From positions 149,249,772 to 149,313,771 of the forward strand of contig NC_052153.1 in assembly GCF_902713615.1 (NCBI RefSeq): a DNA stretch of 64,000 nucleotides, read 5' to 3'. This stretch comes from Scyliorhinus canicula. Its lineage: Eukaryota. Under the pieces are notes generated by a model that saw nothing but the letters and a program-made list of their open reading frames with translations, had not been told where the DNA came from and ran no database searches. A program made the position numbers and the translations under genes. This document shows, in pieces, positions 48,549 to 61,568 of the stretch. Within the stretch, counting starts at the first letter, position 1; every line of letters starts with the position of its first letter.

Positions 48549-50508
48549 TTTAAAAAAAAAAATATTTTTATTCTCCTTTTTCACATTTTCTCCCGAATTT
48601 ACACCCACCAACAATAAACAATAAGCAGCAACAAATATGTCAATCCCTATAATAATAACAACTATCCCATCCTCCCACCAACCCCCAAACATCAGCCCGC
48701 ATGTTTACATAAACAAATGACAAAAAGGAATAAGGGATTACCCATAGTCACCCTTAATACACACAGCCCCCCCCAACCCTCCCACCCATATCCCCCCCAA
48801 CCAATGTTCGATGTTATCCAGTTTTTGAAAGTGCATAATGAATAATGCCCATGACTTGTAGAACCCCTCTATCCTCCCCCTCAGTTCAAACTTAACCTTA
48901 TCCAGGGTCAAGTATTCCAACAGGTCCCCCCCCCGCCACGCCAGGGCACAAGGTGGAGAGGCTGCTCTCCATCCCAGCAGGATCCGCCTTCGGGCGATCA
49001 ATGAGGCGAAGGCTACGATATCTGCCTCCGCACCCGTTTCCAACCCTGGCTGATCTGACACCCCGAATATGGCCTCCCGGGCACCCGGGTCCAGTTTCAC
49101 GTGCACCACCTTGGAGATTACCCTAAAAACCTCCTTCCAGTAATCCTCTAGCTTTGGACAGGACCAAAACATATGAACGTGATTAGCGGGGCCCCCTGCA
49201 ACGTTCACGCACATCTTCTACTTCTTCAAAGAATCGGCTCATCCTCGCCCTCGTGAGGTGTGCTCTGTATACCATCTTCAGCTGTATCAGCTCCAACCTC
49301 GCACATGAGGTGGAGGCATTTACGCCTCCGGAGCACCTCACACCAGACCCCCTCCTCTATAACCTCTCCCAACTCTTCCTCCCACTTTGTTTTGATCCCT
49401 TCCAGTGGCGCCTTATCCTCTTCCAAAATAGCTCCATACACTGTTGACACTACCCCCTTCTCCAGTCCCCTTGTCGTCAGCAACTCCTCCAGCAATGTGG
49501 AGACCAGTTCCTCCGGGAAGCTCTGTATCTCCTTTCTGGCAAAATCTCAAACCAGCATGTATCTAAACATTTCTCCCCGCTCCAGCCCATACTTCGCTTC
49601 CAGCTCCTTCAATCCTGCAAACCGACCCCTAAGAAACAAATCTTTTAGCATCTTAATCCCCTTCTCTTCCCATTTTGAAAATTTCCATCCCACCTCCCTG
49701 GCTCAAATCTGTAGTTCCCCCAAATGGCATTTCCCTTGACCCTGCCCCCAACCCGAAGTGTTGGCGAAACTGCCTCCAGATTTTCAAGGAAGCTATTATA
49801 ACCGGACTTTCCGAGTATTTCCCCAGAGCTATTGGGAGCGGCGCTGTTGCTAGCGCTTTCAGTCCCGACCCCCTGCACAATCGCTCCTCCATTCTGATCC
49901 ACTGGGAATCAACCCCTCTGACCCAGCACCGCACCTTCTCCACATTCGCTGCCTAGTAGTTGTAATCAGCTTCGGGAGACCCAAATCCCCTGCCTGCCTT
50001 TCCCTCTGTAGCAGCACCTTTCTCACTCTGGCCACCTTCCCTCTCCATATGAACGAGGTAATCCTTCCCTCAATCTCCCTGAAAAAAGCCTTCGGCAGGA
50101 AAATCGGTAGGCATTGAAAAATAAACAGAAATCACGACAACACATTCATTTTAACCGCCTGCAACCGACCCGCCAGTGACAGAGGGAGACCATCCCACCT
50201 TGCCAGATCGGCTTTCACTCTCACCACCAAACTAGTGATATTGTACCTGCAAAACCTCCCCCACTCCGGGGCAACCTGCACCCCCAGATACCTAAAGTGA
50301 GTCCCTGCCCTACGGAATTGCAGCCCCCCCACCCCTGCCCCCACCCCCGGCCGAGACACCACAAAATACTCACTCTTGTCGAGGCTCAGCTTGTACCCCG
50401 AGAAAGACCCAAATACTTGCAGTAGCTCCAATATGCCCTCTATCAACACACTCGGTTCCGACACATACAGCAGCAAGTCGTCGGCATATAAGGACACCCT
50501 ATGCTCTA

Positions 50509-50549
<41 letters not shown>

Positions 50550-52573
50550 CACTATTCCTTTCCATGCTCCCGAACTTCTTAATGCGATGGCCAATGGCTC
50601 AATCGCAAGTGCAAACAGCAGGGGGGGACATTGGACATCCCTGCCTTGCCCCACGGTGGAGAGAAAAGTATCTCGAGCTGATGTTGTTTGTGCGGACACT
50701 CGCCTTCTGCTCCTTATATAATAGTTTTACCCAGTTCACAAATCTTGGTCCAATCCCAAACCGCTCCAGAACTGCCATCAAGTACCCCCATTCTACCTGG
50801 TCAAACGCTTTCTCGGCATCCAATGCCACAACCACCTCTGTTTCCTTCCCTCCCGCCGGTGCCATAACAACGTTCAAAATCCTCCTAACGTTCGAAAAAA
50901 GCTGCCTCCCTCTCACAAACCCCATCTGATCCTCACCTATTACCTTCAGGAGGCACTCCTCCAGCCTACCCGCCAGTACCTTCGCCAATACTTTTGCGTC
51001 CACATTCAGAAGTGATATGGACCTATACGACCCACACTCTGTCGGATCCTTATCTTTTTTAAGCAACAGTGAAATCGATGCCTGCCCCAAGGTTTGTGGC
51101 AACACCCCCTTCCCTATCGCCTCATCAAACATCCCCGCCGTCACGGGTGCCAGCTTATCCTTGAATTTTGTATAATATTCCACTGGAAACCCATCCGGCC
51201 CTGCCACCTTCCCCGACTGCATCCTCCCAATCGCATCCTTTATCTCCTGCTCCACTATTGCTTCTTCTAATGTAGCCCTGTCCCCCTCCCCTAGCCTCGA
51301 GTACTCCAACCCATCTAGAAATTCCTGCATCTCACGGTCTCCCCCGGGTGGCTCTGACCTGTACAACCTCTCGTAAAACTCCTCAAAAACATTGTTAATT
51401 GGCTCCGGGGCCACCACCAATTTCCCTGCCCTATCCATCACCTGGAGAATTTCCCTTGCCGTTGCTTCCCTCTGGAGCTGACCTGCTAAAATACCCCCAT
51501 TCTTACCCGCCTTATCTCCATGTTCATAAACTGCACCCCTCGCTTGTCTCAGTTGGCGCACCGCCTTCCTGGTGGACAGACGGTCTAACTCGCCTGTAGT
51601 TCCTTCCTTTTTTCCAGCTTCGCTGGGTCCCCATCTTCTGCAAAACTCCTATCTACCTCCAACATCTCATCTATTACCCTCTGCCGCTCCAACCTCTCCT
51701 CTTTGTCCACCCTGGCCTTAAACTAAATTACCTCACCCCTCACCACCCCCTTTAGAGCCTCCCAGACAACTGCCTTCAACACCTCACCCATACAGTTGAA
51801 ACCTAGATATTCCTTAATTACCTTTTCAATTTTCTCACAGAACAATTGGTTCCCCAAAAGCCCCACATCCAGTTTCCACCCTGGCCTCTGCGCTAGCCCC
51901 TTACCAGTACCATATCCACCCAATGCGGAGCATGATCTGACACTGCAATTGCCGAGTATTCCGACCCCTTAACCCCAGCCAACAAAGTCTTCCCCACCAC
52001 GAAAAAGTCGATCCGCGAGTATACCTTATGGACTACTGAGAAAAACGAGTACTCCCGTTCCCTCAGGTGCAGAAACCTCCAAGGGTCCACCCCTCCCATT
52101 TCCACCATTAGCCCAGCCAGCGCCTTGCCCCCCCACCTTTGATGGGACCAGCGAGCGTGGCTGTGACCTGTCCGACCTTGGCACCTGCATCAAGTTCCAG
52201 TCCCCCCCCTCCCCCCAATCCGTTTGTGTGTGTCCAAGTCGTGGATGGCCCCGAACACCTTCTTTGCGAATCCCACATTGTCCCAATTGGGACTGTATAC
52301 ACTTAACAGCACCACTAACCTCCCCTCCAGCGCCTCCTGTCACAATCACACATCGACCCCCCCTGATCTGCCACCACCACCTCCATCTGGAAGTGTACCC
52401 TTTTGCTGACCATTACCGCTACCCCTCGAGCCCTTCCGTCAAATCCAGAGTGAAACACCTGACTAACCCAGGCCTTTTTATTTCTCACCTGGTCCTTCAC
52501 CCTCAAGTGAGTCTCCTGCAGCATTGCCACATCGGCTTTCAAACTTTTAAGATGCGCAAGCACCCTTGACCTC
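48549..52573 (-). mobile_element. 5'-truncated L1 with nearly all of ORF2 (EN, RT, C-terminal Cys domain), frameshifted
   Basis: LQETHL, SRIDFF, SDHAP, GPDGFPVEYY, LDAEKAFD, RQGCP, YADD, HMFWSCP; 20-bp TSD TTGTTCAGG(G/A)AGGATTTATT at 48529-48548 and 52574-52593. Confidence 0.95.
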
Positions 52574-52995
52574 TTGTTCAGGAAGGATTTATTCATGAAG
52601 TTTATTTCAAGAACTTGGGTGCAGTGGAAACGTGACAGAAAATTACCATGATATAATAAGGAGCCCTTTCCTGTGGTTGCGACTTAAGTCGCATTGTTAT
52701 ATATTTGCACTGGGAATGCTTCATGCTGACACTTGGTGTTCAAAGTAGAAACAATGCTTTCCGCAGAACAGAAATCTGCATCTTGGCAAGCAATAAAACA
52801 AAATTAGGGTAAAAGTGGAGTGGTAGTTTGTAGCAGCGAATTGCATGCCACTTAGAATTATTTATTAGAATTCCACTGTATTTTACCAGCTTAATTGTCA
52901 TTGCTTGCTGGTGTGGTTGGAGTCTTGAAAATCAGTTGCACTTTAAATTTGAATTTCATTTTGAAATTATTCTGGTGTCTAAATATTTGTTTCAG

Positions 52996-53278
52996 TGACC
53001 ATGGAAGTGTAGCACTATCAGAAGAAACCCCACCAGTTGGAACAGAAAATGCTACAAAACCACAGCATGCCCACCTCCAGAAACCTAAACCCAATTTAAA
53101 AGTGACTGGAAGGAAAAAAGCAGGTGGAAAAGGGAGTGATCAAACTGCTTCAGAAGCTCTTGCATCTTATGATGATGCGAAGGAAAACACCAGTGACAAA
53201 GTGAAAGAATCATCTGTGCAGGATCAGGATGCTCCCGATGATGAATCTTCTGAGATCAATGATAAAGTGTCAGAAAAG
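52996..53278 (+). CDS. BDP1: BDP1 coding exon 12 (DHGSVALSEE...HLQKPKPNL...VSEK)
   Basis: TTTCAG acceptor, AAG|GTATAA donor; phase 2 to 0; KPKPNL motif. Confidence 0.85.
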
Positions 53279-54550
53279 GTATAATATATACTGTCCTTTA
53301 AGTGAACAGGACACCTGCAGGCTGTCTTTTTGTTCAGCGGGTATCCTTATTTTAAAAATGGTTATTGTGCGCACTGTAAAATATTTTCCCAACAGTTTTG
53401 AAGAACCAGCTGAAATTATTATCTGCATCTAATAAGCTGCAACAATGCTAAGAACCCTCTCCCACGCTCCAGAATTTGGCTCTGTTCACCTCAGTTTTAC
53501 AATCGCAATTTCCATTCCAAATTGTTCTCACTTGGAGCAAAGTATAACTTCAGGGAATGAATTGTAGTTCTCTTGTTCTACTTAGTAAAATTAGGATGGT
53601 CACAGAACAGAGAAAGAGAGAAATGTAATGGTAGGTTGTACAGACGCCACATGGATTGCTAACATTTGGGATGGAAAACAGAAAAGATCACTGTGCATGA
53701 GTGATACTGCAGTTTCCTGCTTGAGCAGTGAGCCTGCAGGAAGATTGATTGATGGTGGGATCCACAGGCCTGTTTGTCACTCTAGACCAGCAGGAACTCG
53801 GAGAAACCCAGGATGGCCATCCAGCTTCAGTCCCCAATGCAAGAGTTCCTCAAAGAAGCAGATCCACGACCAAACAGTGAGGGAAAGAAAATTATGGCAA
53901 AGTCAGAGGGGAAGAGCTCCCAGAAGCTTCTGAAAGGGTGCACTGATGGAGTGTTGTGACAGGAAAGGATGCTCCTCTTTGTTTTTTGCATCAGTTTACT
54001 TGATTTGGAAGTCTGATGAGGTCTATGACTACGGGTCAGGATGAGACAGTTGAGTTTCTGAAAGAAATTCTCAATCCCAAGTTGGAACAATTTTTCTGTT
54101 GCTATGGTTGCTGAGTAACAAACTCCCCGTTGCACAAAATGAATCTTCCACAAAATAGCTGCTGCTTTGCATAGGAAACAACTTGCAAGGAGAAATACTT
54201 GAGATTCTGAGTGTATAAAATATTAGCTCCTGAAGCTTTGCAGTAGATTGTACCCTGTATTTAAAGTTGTAAAATGGCTTGAGGAATTGATGGCTATTAC
54301 ATTTTGTAATTTGTGAGTGCTTGTGGTTTCACAGTGCCTCTTGTATGTTACATCATGCAATTTACCTCAAATCTGTGCCCCCTGATTCAAGGGTCTCAAG
54401 AAGCATTTTTGAAGATGTCTGTGTTTAGAGCATGTCCATATCAACAGTTTTCACTGTACAGTGATTCATTAATTAAGTCTGGCAAACCATTGGGTGAAAT
54501 CCTTTTATCATCAAGTTGTACCTATGCGTTTGTTAAAGCTAGTTGTCAGC

Positions 54551-55163
54551 TGTAGTTCAGTTGTTGGCCCTCTCTCCTGAGTTGGAAGGTTGTGCTTTCA
54601 AGTCCCATTCTAGAACTAGAGCATAAAGATCAATGTTGACACTCCCCTGCAGTATTCAGGGAGTGTACTATTGAGACCTAAGAGGGATTGGGCGGCATGG
54701 TGGCGCAGTTTTTAGCACTGCTGCCTCACGGCACTGAGGACCTGGGTTTGATTCCGGTCCTGGGTCACTGTCCGTGTGGAGTTTGCACATTCTCCCATGT
54801 CTGTGTGGGTCTCACCCCCACAACTCAAATATGTGCACGGTAGGTGGATTGGCCACGCTAAATTGCCCTATAATTGTAAAAAATATAGAAATAAACTGAG
54901 GGTTCATTTGCCTCCTCAATGGATGTAAATGATTCCGTGGCAGAATTTTAATGAAAACTAGTTGAGTTCTTCACAGTGTCCTGGCCAATATTTTACCCTG
55001 TATTAACATCACAGAAACAGATTATCTGGTCATTATTGCATTTCTGTTTGTCGAAGTGCTGTGTGCAAACTGGGATTTCCCACATTATATGAGGGACTAC
55101 ACTTCAAAAGTGTTTCAGTGCTGTGAAGAGACTTGGGAGGTCCTGAGATTGTGAAAGGCGCTA
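54551..55163 (+). mobile_element. Deu-domain SINE (SacSINE1-like) interrupted by a poly-A V-SINE (54689-54885)
   Basis: GTGTCCTGGCCAATATT...CAGATTATCTGGTCATTATTGCAT...GACTACACTTCAAAAG...GTGAAAGGCGCTAT. Confidence 0.72.
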
Positions 55164-56345
55164 TTTTTTTTCCATTTCAGAACTGAGTGGTACGGAACTC
55201 AAAATGAGAGCATAACAACTGTAGCTAGTAGAAGTTAATGGCCTAAAAATATAAAGAGAAGAGAAGGTTGTGAGGAAATTTGATCGAGGTATTCAAGATC
55301 TTGCGCCGGTTGGGCAGAGTAGAAAGGGAAGAACTGTTTGCGTAGCTTATGAGGGCTGCGAATCAGAGGGAATTATTAAAAGAAGCAATGGCTACATGAG
55401 GTAGAACATTTTCATGCTGAGAGCGTGTGGTGGAGGCAGGGGCAATTGAGGCTTTCAAAAAGGAATTGGATCATTATCTGAAAAGGAAAAATTTGCAGGG
55501 CAATGGGGGAAAGGCAAGGCAGTAGCAGTTGGTGAATTGCTCCATCAGGGAGCCAGTTCAGACGTGATGGGCTGAACAGCCTCCTGTGCTGTCATCATTC
55601 TTTGATTTTATAAATATTCTTGCATGGTGCACCAAATAGCATTTTTGGGTTCACTGGATAATTCTTGTTCTTGGTGTTGTTTGTTTTCTTAAACTCTTGT
55701 TTATATGGCAGTCTTGTAGGATTTTAACACGGCAGAATCTCTCTACTCGTGACTTCTTCTTTCACGAATTTGCTTATCTGCGCAAACGTTTTTGTGGATC
55801 AGTTCACCCATTATAGGCCCAAATGTTCATTTATCTGTGGTTTTAAAATAAAAACTAGAAGCCATCTTAAACAAAATTGCCGAAAAACTGCACAAATAAA
55901 GTAACAAAAAAGGGTGCCCATGATATATTTGCTGTTGTAGAAAGTGTGCACTACACGTGTGTCGTTTGTTGCTTGTAGGGACTCTTCTTTTACCTTCTAA
56001 TAAGAATCGGTAGTCCGGTTGGTTGAAGGTGTCAAAAGTATGGCTTTATTGCTAATTACTCACTTGATTATGAATTGAATCAAAAATAAGATATGAAATA
56101 TCAATCAATACATAAAAAGGGTCAAGCACATGGCAAAAAACATAAAGCACAAAAAGAAATCACTTTAGCACAAACAAACAGATAGATGATTCAAAAATTC
56201 AGGTACAAAGACCTCGACCACAATGTCTTACTTTTAAGGGAATTCTTATATCTGGTTTGACCCCTCATTTACTTTCATTGATTTCTAATTCTCGGCTGAG
56301 ACCTCTTAGTTTGTTTAAATGAATGTCTGATACTTACAGGATGAT

Positions 56346-56572
56346 TTAAAAAAAATATAGATTTAGAGTACCCAATTAAATTTTTTCAATTAAGGGGCAA
56401 TTTAGCGTGGCCAATCCACCTAGCCTGCACATCTTTGGATTGTGGGGCGAAATCCTCGCAAACACAGGGAGAATGTGCAAACTCCACACTGACAGTGATC
56501 CAGAGTCGGGATCAAACTGGGACCTCGGTGCCGCGAGGCAGCAGTGCTAACCATTGTGCCACCGTGCTGCCC
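56346..56572 (-). mobile_element. Short poly-A V-SINE
   Basis: V core and tail. Confidence 0.85.
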
Positions 56573-57167
56573 TAGAGGATCAACTGTTAATCAAACATTG
56601 GACATTAGTTAAGATTGACTGGTGCCTCTCAAAACTAGCTTACCGTCTGTGTGTGCAGTCTTAGGAAAATTACTGGATATATTTCTCTCACTTTCTATGT
56701 TACACTCGTCGGAGACTTTGCTAGAACTCATTGGTTCATTAGACAGCGAGCAATACATTCTTAGGGCTGATTACTCTGGAATACAATGTTTAATTTATTA
56801 TATGAGATAATGACTGGATTCCCACAGTCATAAGACCCGTTTAATATTTAGCACACTTTTATCTATATGCATTCAACTAGCCCCTATAGGAATAAATTAG
56901 GAATAAAGTAATACTCTAGCAATGCTGTTTCCATGTGGGTGTTTCTGTGATTTAATTCAGTTTTGAATTTTTTCCCCTTGTTTTATTAAATTTACCAAAA
57001 GCATACTTTCCGACCCCACCGTGGTTGGTTTTCCACTGAAGGATGAGACAATTCATTTAAACCCTTGTTGACTTTAGCAGGAAGATCCCGCCGGTGGGCG
57101 GGACTGGAAAATCCTTTAACCCGTTATACATATGAAAGTTTAGCATGGCTGGACCTGGACCTACCTC

Positions 57168-57403
57168 TTTTATTTATTTTTTATTTTTATAAATTTAAGA
57201 GTACCCAATTGTTTTTCCAATTAAGGAGCAATTTAGCATGTCCAATCCACCTATCCTGCACATCTTTGGGTTGTGGGGTGAGACCCATGCAGACAAGGGG
57301 AGAATGTGCAAACTCCACACAGACAGTGACCCGGGGCCGGGATCGAACCCCGGTCCTCGGTGCCGTGAGGCAGCAGTGCTAACCACTGTGCCACCGTACC
57401 ACC
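57168..57403 (-). mobile_element. Short poly-A V-SINE
   Basis: V core and tail. Confidence 0.85.
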
Positions 57404-57774
57404 CTGGCTGGAGCTATCTAATTGACTCCTATTGTAAAGTATGTTTGCTGTTCACGGTTTCACAGTTTGTAGATTTTTGTGGAAATATGGGGACTGTGAA
57501 TAGCGGGACTTTACAATACCTGATATCAGTTATAATCTTTCAAGATTAGGTTAGTTTATACGGGATTCCTAGAGGGCTTAATATATGACTACACCACTAT
57601 TCATGCAGCAAGATTGCCATTATTGATACCGACAGTATTATAGAAAAATAGGACTTGAGTTTTTAGTGATTTGTTTTCTCATCAGTAAAATCATTCTCTT
57701 TATATGACTTTTTTCAATGGCTATTTTTGTCTCCAATTTCAATATAATCTTGAACTGGTTTTACTTTTCTATAG

Positions 57775-57875
57775 GAGGTCAGCAGTGCACCAATACCTGA
57801 AGCAGTGGAAGCTGATAAAATCGTAACTGAGGAGCTATTAGCAAGTAATACACAAGATTCCGGCACTGAATCATG
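57775..57875 (+). CDS. BDP1: BDP1 coding exon 13 (EVSSAPIPEAVEADK...TES)
   Basis: TTTTCTATAG acceptor, open frame, phase 0 to 2 bridges neighbours; donor may be 57875 or 57878. Confidence 0.78.
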
Positions 57876-58439
57876 GTAGTAAATCGCTTTTTCTTGTCTT
57901 TTTTGCTTCGTTTCAGCAGAGTTCACCATTTACTGGGCAGACAGACGGAACATCTGCTCTCAGGTCGTTTTTGGTGTTGCTACACAATCGGTTGTTTAGT
58001 GGATTTGAGAGTGACTTACCGTCTGACTTTTCAGTTCCTTCACAAGGCATAATCTATTATGCCGACTGCGGATCTATTCTTGGCTCCTACGAGTAATATA
58101 AAAGCGAGCAACTGGAAAGCTTAATTACAATCAAGAAATATTTATTTTGAGGAGTTCTTCGTGATGGGCCAATGTCTGTAGCAGGGGTCAAAACCTTTTA
58201 TTTGAGGGCTTTTTGAGAAAAATCTGCTTAGCTTCATTCTGTCAAGGTCTATGTTTTGATTTTCGGGTCTATGTTTTGATTTTCGGGGGCACCTCTTTTA
58301 TTTCACATGCATTCAGGATACCATTTTGCCGTAGTTCCATGGTATTTTCTGTGACATTTGGATTCCAAGTCCAATTCCCAATTTACAGTAATAAACTAAG
58401 ATCAGATTCATCTCAAATTCTGCCAATTTGACACAATGA

Positions 58440-59045
58440 TGCATCAGGCGGTAAAGAAGGCAAATGGCATGCTGGCCTTCTTTGTGAGAGGATTTGAGTA
58501 CAGGAGCAGGGATGTCTTGCTGCAATTATACAGGGCCTTGGTGAGGCCACACCTCGAATGTTTGTGAAGTTTTGGTCTCCTTATCCGAGGAAGGATGTTC
58601 TTACAACAGAGGGTGTGCAACGAAGGTTTACCAGACTGATGCCTGGGATGGCATAACTGAAGTATGAGGAGAGATTGAGTTGGTTAGTATAATATTCGCT
58701 GGAATTTAGAAGAGATAGGGGGGGATATCATAGAAAGCTATAAAATTCTAACAGAACTCGACAGGATAGATGAAGAAAGTGTATTCCTGATGGCGGGAAT
58801 ACGGGGTAAACCATTTAGGACTGAGATGAGAAATGTCTTCATCCAGAGAATGGTAAGCCAGTCGAATTTCCTGCGACAGAAAGCAGCTGAGTTGTATGTT
58901 TTCAAGAGGAGTTGGATATCGCTGAAGGAATCAAAGGAAATGGGTGGGAAAGTAGGAACAGGCGGCTGAGTTAGATGATCAGCCATGATTATAATGGAGC
59001 AGTCTTGAAGGGTTGAATGGCCTCCTGCTCCTATTTTCTATGCTT
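58440..59045 (+). mobile_element. CR1-clade LINE 3' fragment
   Basis: LQLYRALVRPHLE..FWSP remnant; ends GAATGGCCTCCTGCTCCTATTTTCTATG. Confidence 0.85.
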
Positions 59046-59636
59046 CAAAGAGCTAGAACAGGTTTAATGCCCCCCACCACCGATTGACTGGTATATTAGC
59101 ATGCAAATGTATGTTTTATTCCATTCCCATCAAACCTTCTGAGTTTTTCTGCAATGTAATGGATGTGATTACAAAATATGTTTGAACTGGATGAAAGAAA
59201 ATTCACTGTGTAGTAACCTATGCATTGCCTTTCCGCCTCTGATCACAGATTTCCTCCCTCCCACACTCCCGTCCTTTCTACTCCTCCAATCATCGGTTCT
59301 GCCTCTGGAGGAACAGCAATGTGGGAAAAAGGGATTCTATGATAGGAATTGAGGCAATGGGCATGGCAGAATCTGTGATTGGAGGAGCAGCTCCTCATAG
59401 ATTGTCTCTTTCAAGCTCACTACACCAACAATCAAACTCTAAATTATGTGCAGGTCTGACCTTTCTTTCTATATTTTAAATTTTTGTGGGCTATTTGTGA
59501 GGCTTTGAGGAAGAATCTGTGGATTTTGAACCCTGTGTGTGTAAAATCGCCAAGGCTGGAAAGATTTAAATAAAGCCATCACAGTTTAAAGATGCCAAAT
59601 TTAGGTTTTATGTATTAATATTTCTTTCTGCTTCAG

Positions 59637-60000
59637 TTCAATGGAGAAACCAGAGGAATCCAGAGGAAAACCAGGCCTAGTAACAAGGAGCCGATTCCAG
59701 AAGCCTAAGCCAAATTTAGGAAGAGCAGTTGTGAAGAAAGATGTGTCAACTGATGAAAGAAAGAGGGTTGCAGCACAGGAAAAAGCTATTACAACCAAAG
59801 AGGCCACAACACTGAGCCCAAATATCCCCATTACTGAAGGAAGTAATGCTAGTGAAGTCATTAAGACTGGATCTGATATTTGCTTTTCTCCAGAGGCAAG
59901 AATGAAAGATGCTTTGATACCTGACAACATTCCAATCCAGGAGGGGGCAGTGCATGGTCCACCAGGAGCAGCTATTGAATTAATCACCCCAGTATCTGAG
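59637..60000 (+). CDS. BDP1: BDP1 coding exon 14 (SMEKPEES...RSRFQKPKPNLGRA...VSE)
   Basis: CTTCAG acceptor, GAG|GTATAT donor; phase 2 to 0; RSRFQKPKPNL motif typical of vertebrate BDP1. Confidence 0.88.
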
Positions 60001-61347
60001 GTATATCTGAAAGCCATTCATTCCTGGTATCATTTTGATGAATCTTATGTGGCACGCTATCTGGTTTTAATGGGATTTCCATCGTGCCACCTGAAACTGA
60101 ATGCAGAAATCTGATTGTGGTCTAATTATTGCCGTCCCAAAATTCTTATGACCTCTTGTCCTTAAAATCTATTCCCCTATTCATGCTATTATGCTATTTA
60201 TGATTTTATTTACCTCTCAGACCTTCATTAACTGATGTTCCAGCATACACTTCAGTGCATTTCCTGTCTACACATCTCTCTACAATAAATTCCATGTTGT
60301 ATTTGGCTGCACATTTTGAAAACTAGCTTGGTGCCCTCCTGGAGTTTTCAATGCAGTGGGTTAAGTTGCTAATTTTGTCAAGATATTAATGTTGTGTTTG
60401 CAGTGCAAATATGCAAATGATCTACCATCACTTTCTTGAGGGTGTTCACTTTAATTGAGTTGTAGGAGATATTCAGTACTATTTGCCTGTCACTTAAAGC
60501 ACACTTGTTGCCTGCTTCCATTCCTTACTAACTCACTTGCCCAGTTGCCTGATCATCTATAATTTGGAGTCCAGGTATACTTCAGATTCCAATATCAGCC
60601 AGAGTGTCCTTAGCTGCACCTCTAGCCCAAGATCATTTGAGATCAAAGGAGATGCATCCTGCAGTATGATGTTCCAAAATACTGGGAGCATCCAGTGTAG
60701 TAATCTTGCAGTACAGGTTTTAGTTATTTTCTCCTCTTCTCACCTATATAGATTGCTCTTAAAACTTTAAAGAGAGTCAAACACTAACTTAATTATTTAA
60801 CCTGTCTAATAAAAGGCCAACTATACCTCAATGCTAAACTCCATCTTCAATAAACTTCTACATTCTTCTGCTGTATGCTACACTTGGTGCTCAGAACAAT
60901 CTCTCACTCGTAAACTGAAATTTATGCTGTCTTAATTTACACAAGGGGCTACTCCCCGAACAGGCGGCGGAATGTGGCGACTAGGGGCTTTTCAAAGTAA
61001 CTTCATTTGAAGCCTACTTGTGACAATAAGCGATTTTCATTTCATTTCATTAACATTTCATTTCCCACTATAAAGACAGCCAATCACTGCAATTACATAA
61101 TCGATAATTAAGCTGTTAGCATCTCAAACTAGATGTTTATACAGTTACATTATTGAAAAGCGAAAATAAAATACATTAAACTCAAAATGCAAGAAAAGAA
61201 TACATATTTCAGTACTATTTCTTAATTTATTGTGTCTCCTGTTTTAATGAAATAGTGTGTAAAAGTAGATATACATTTCCTAGTAATGTTCTATTTATTG
61301 TACATTTGTCCAACTGTAAAATTGTGTTTTTATACTTTGGTTTTCAG

Positions 61348-61568
61348 TCAAAAGCACAAACTCCAGAAGCAGCCCCTGTGCCCTCAAATTCTGTAGAATT
61401 ACCGAGGCAAAGTATTACAGCTTTGGATACTGAGATATCAAGAAGAAGCTGCCGGGGTTCGAACAAAGTGCAGCAATCAGAAAGGACATTTGAGTGCGAC
61501 AGTCATGATGAACATGAAGATTTAAAACTGGATTCTATTCAAGAATCTATTACAAGCAAACCAACGAG
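61348..61568 (+). CDS. BDP1: BDP1 coding exon 15 (SKAQTPEAA...ITSKPT); gene continues beyond window
   Basis: TTTTCAG acceptor, AG|GTATTG donor; phase 0 to 2. Confidence 0.82.

Noticed and set aside
55161-55215. Strong acceptor TTTCCATTTCAG as a BDP1 exon
   Set aside because: Immediate TGA in the required phase; sits at a SINE/CR1 junction
55933-57018. Possible solo LTR starting TGTTGTAGAAAGT
   Set aside because: No TSD and only weak terminal inversion
57915-58200. Hairpin as an intronic H/ACA snoRNA
   Set aside because: No H box or ACA at the expected positions and no second hairpin
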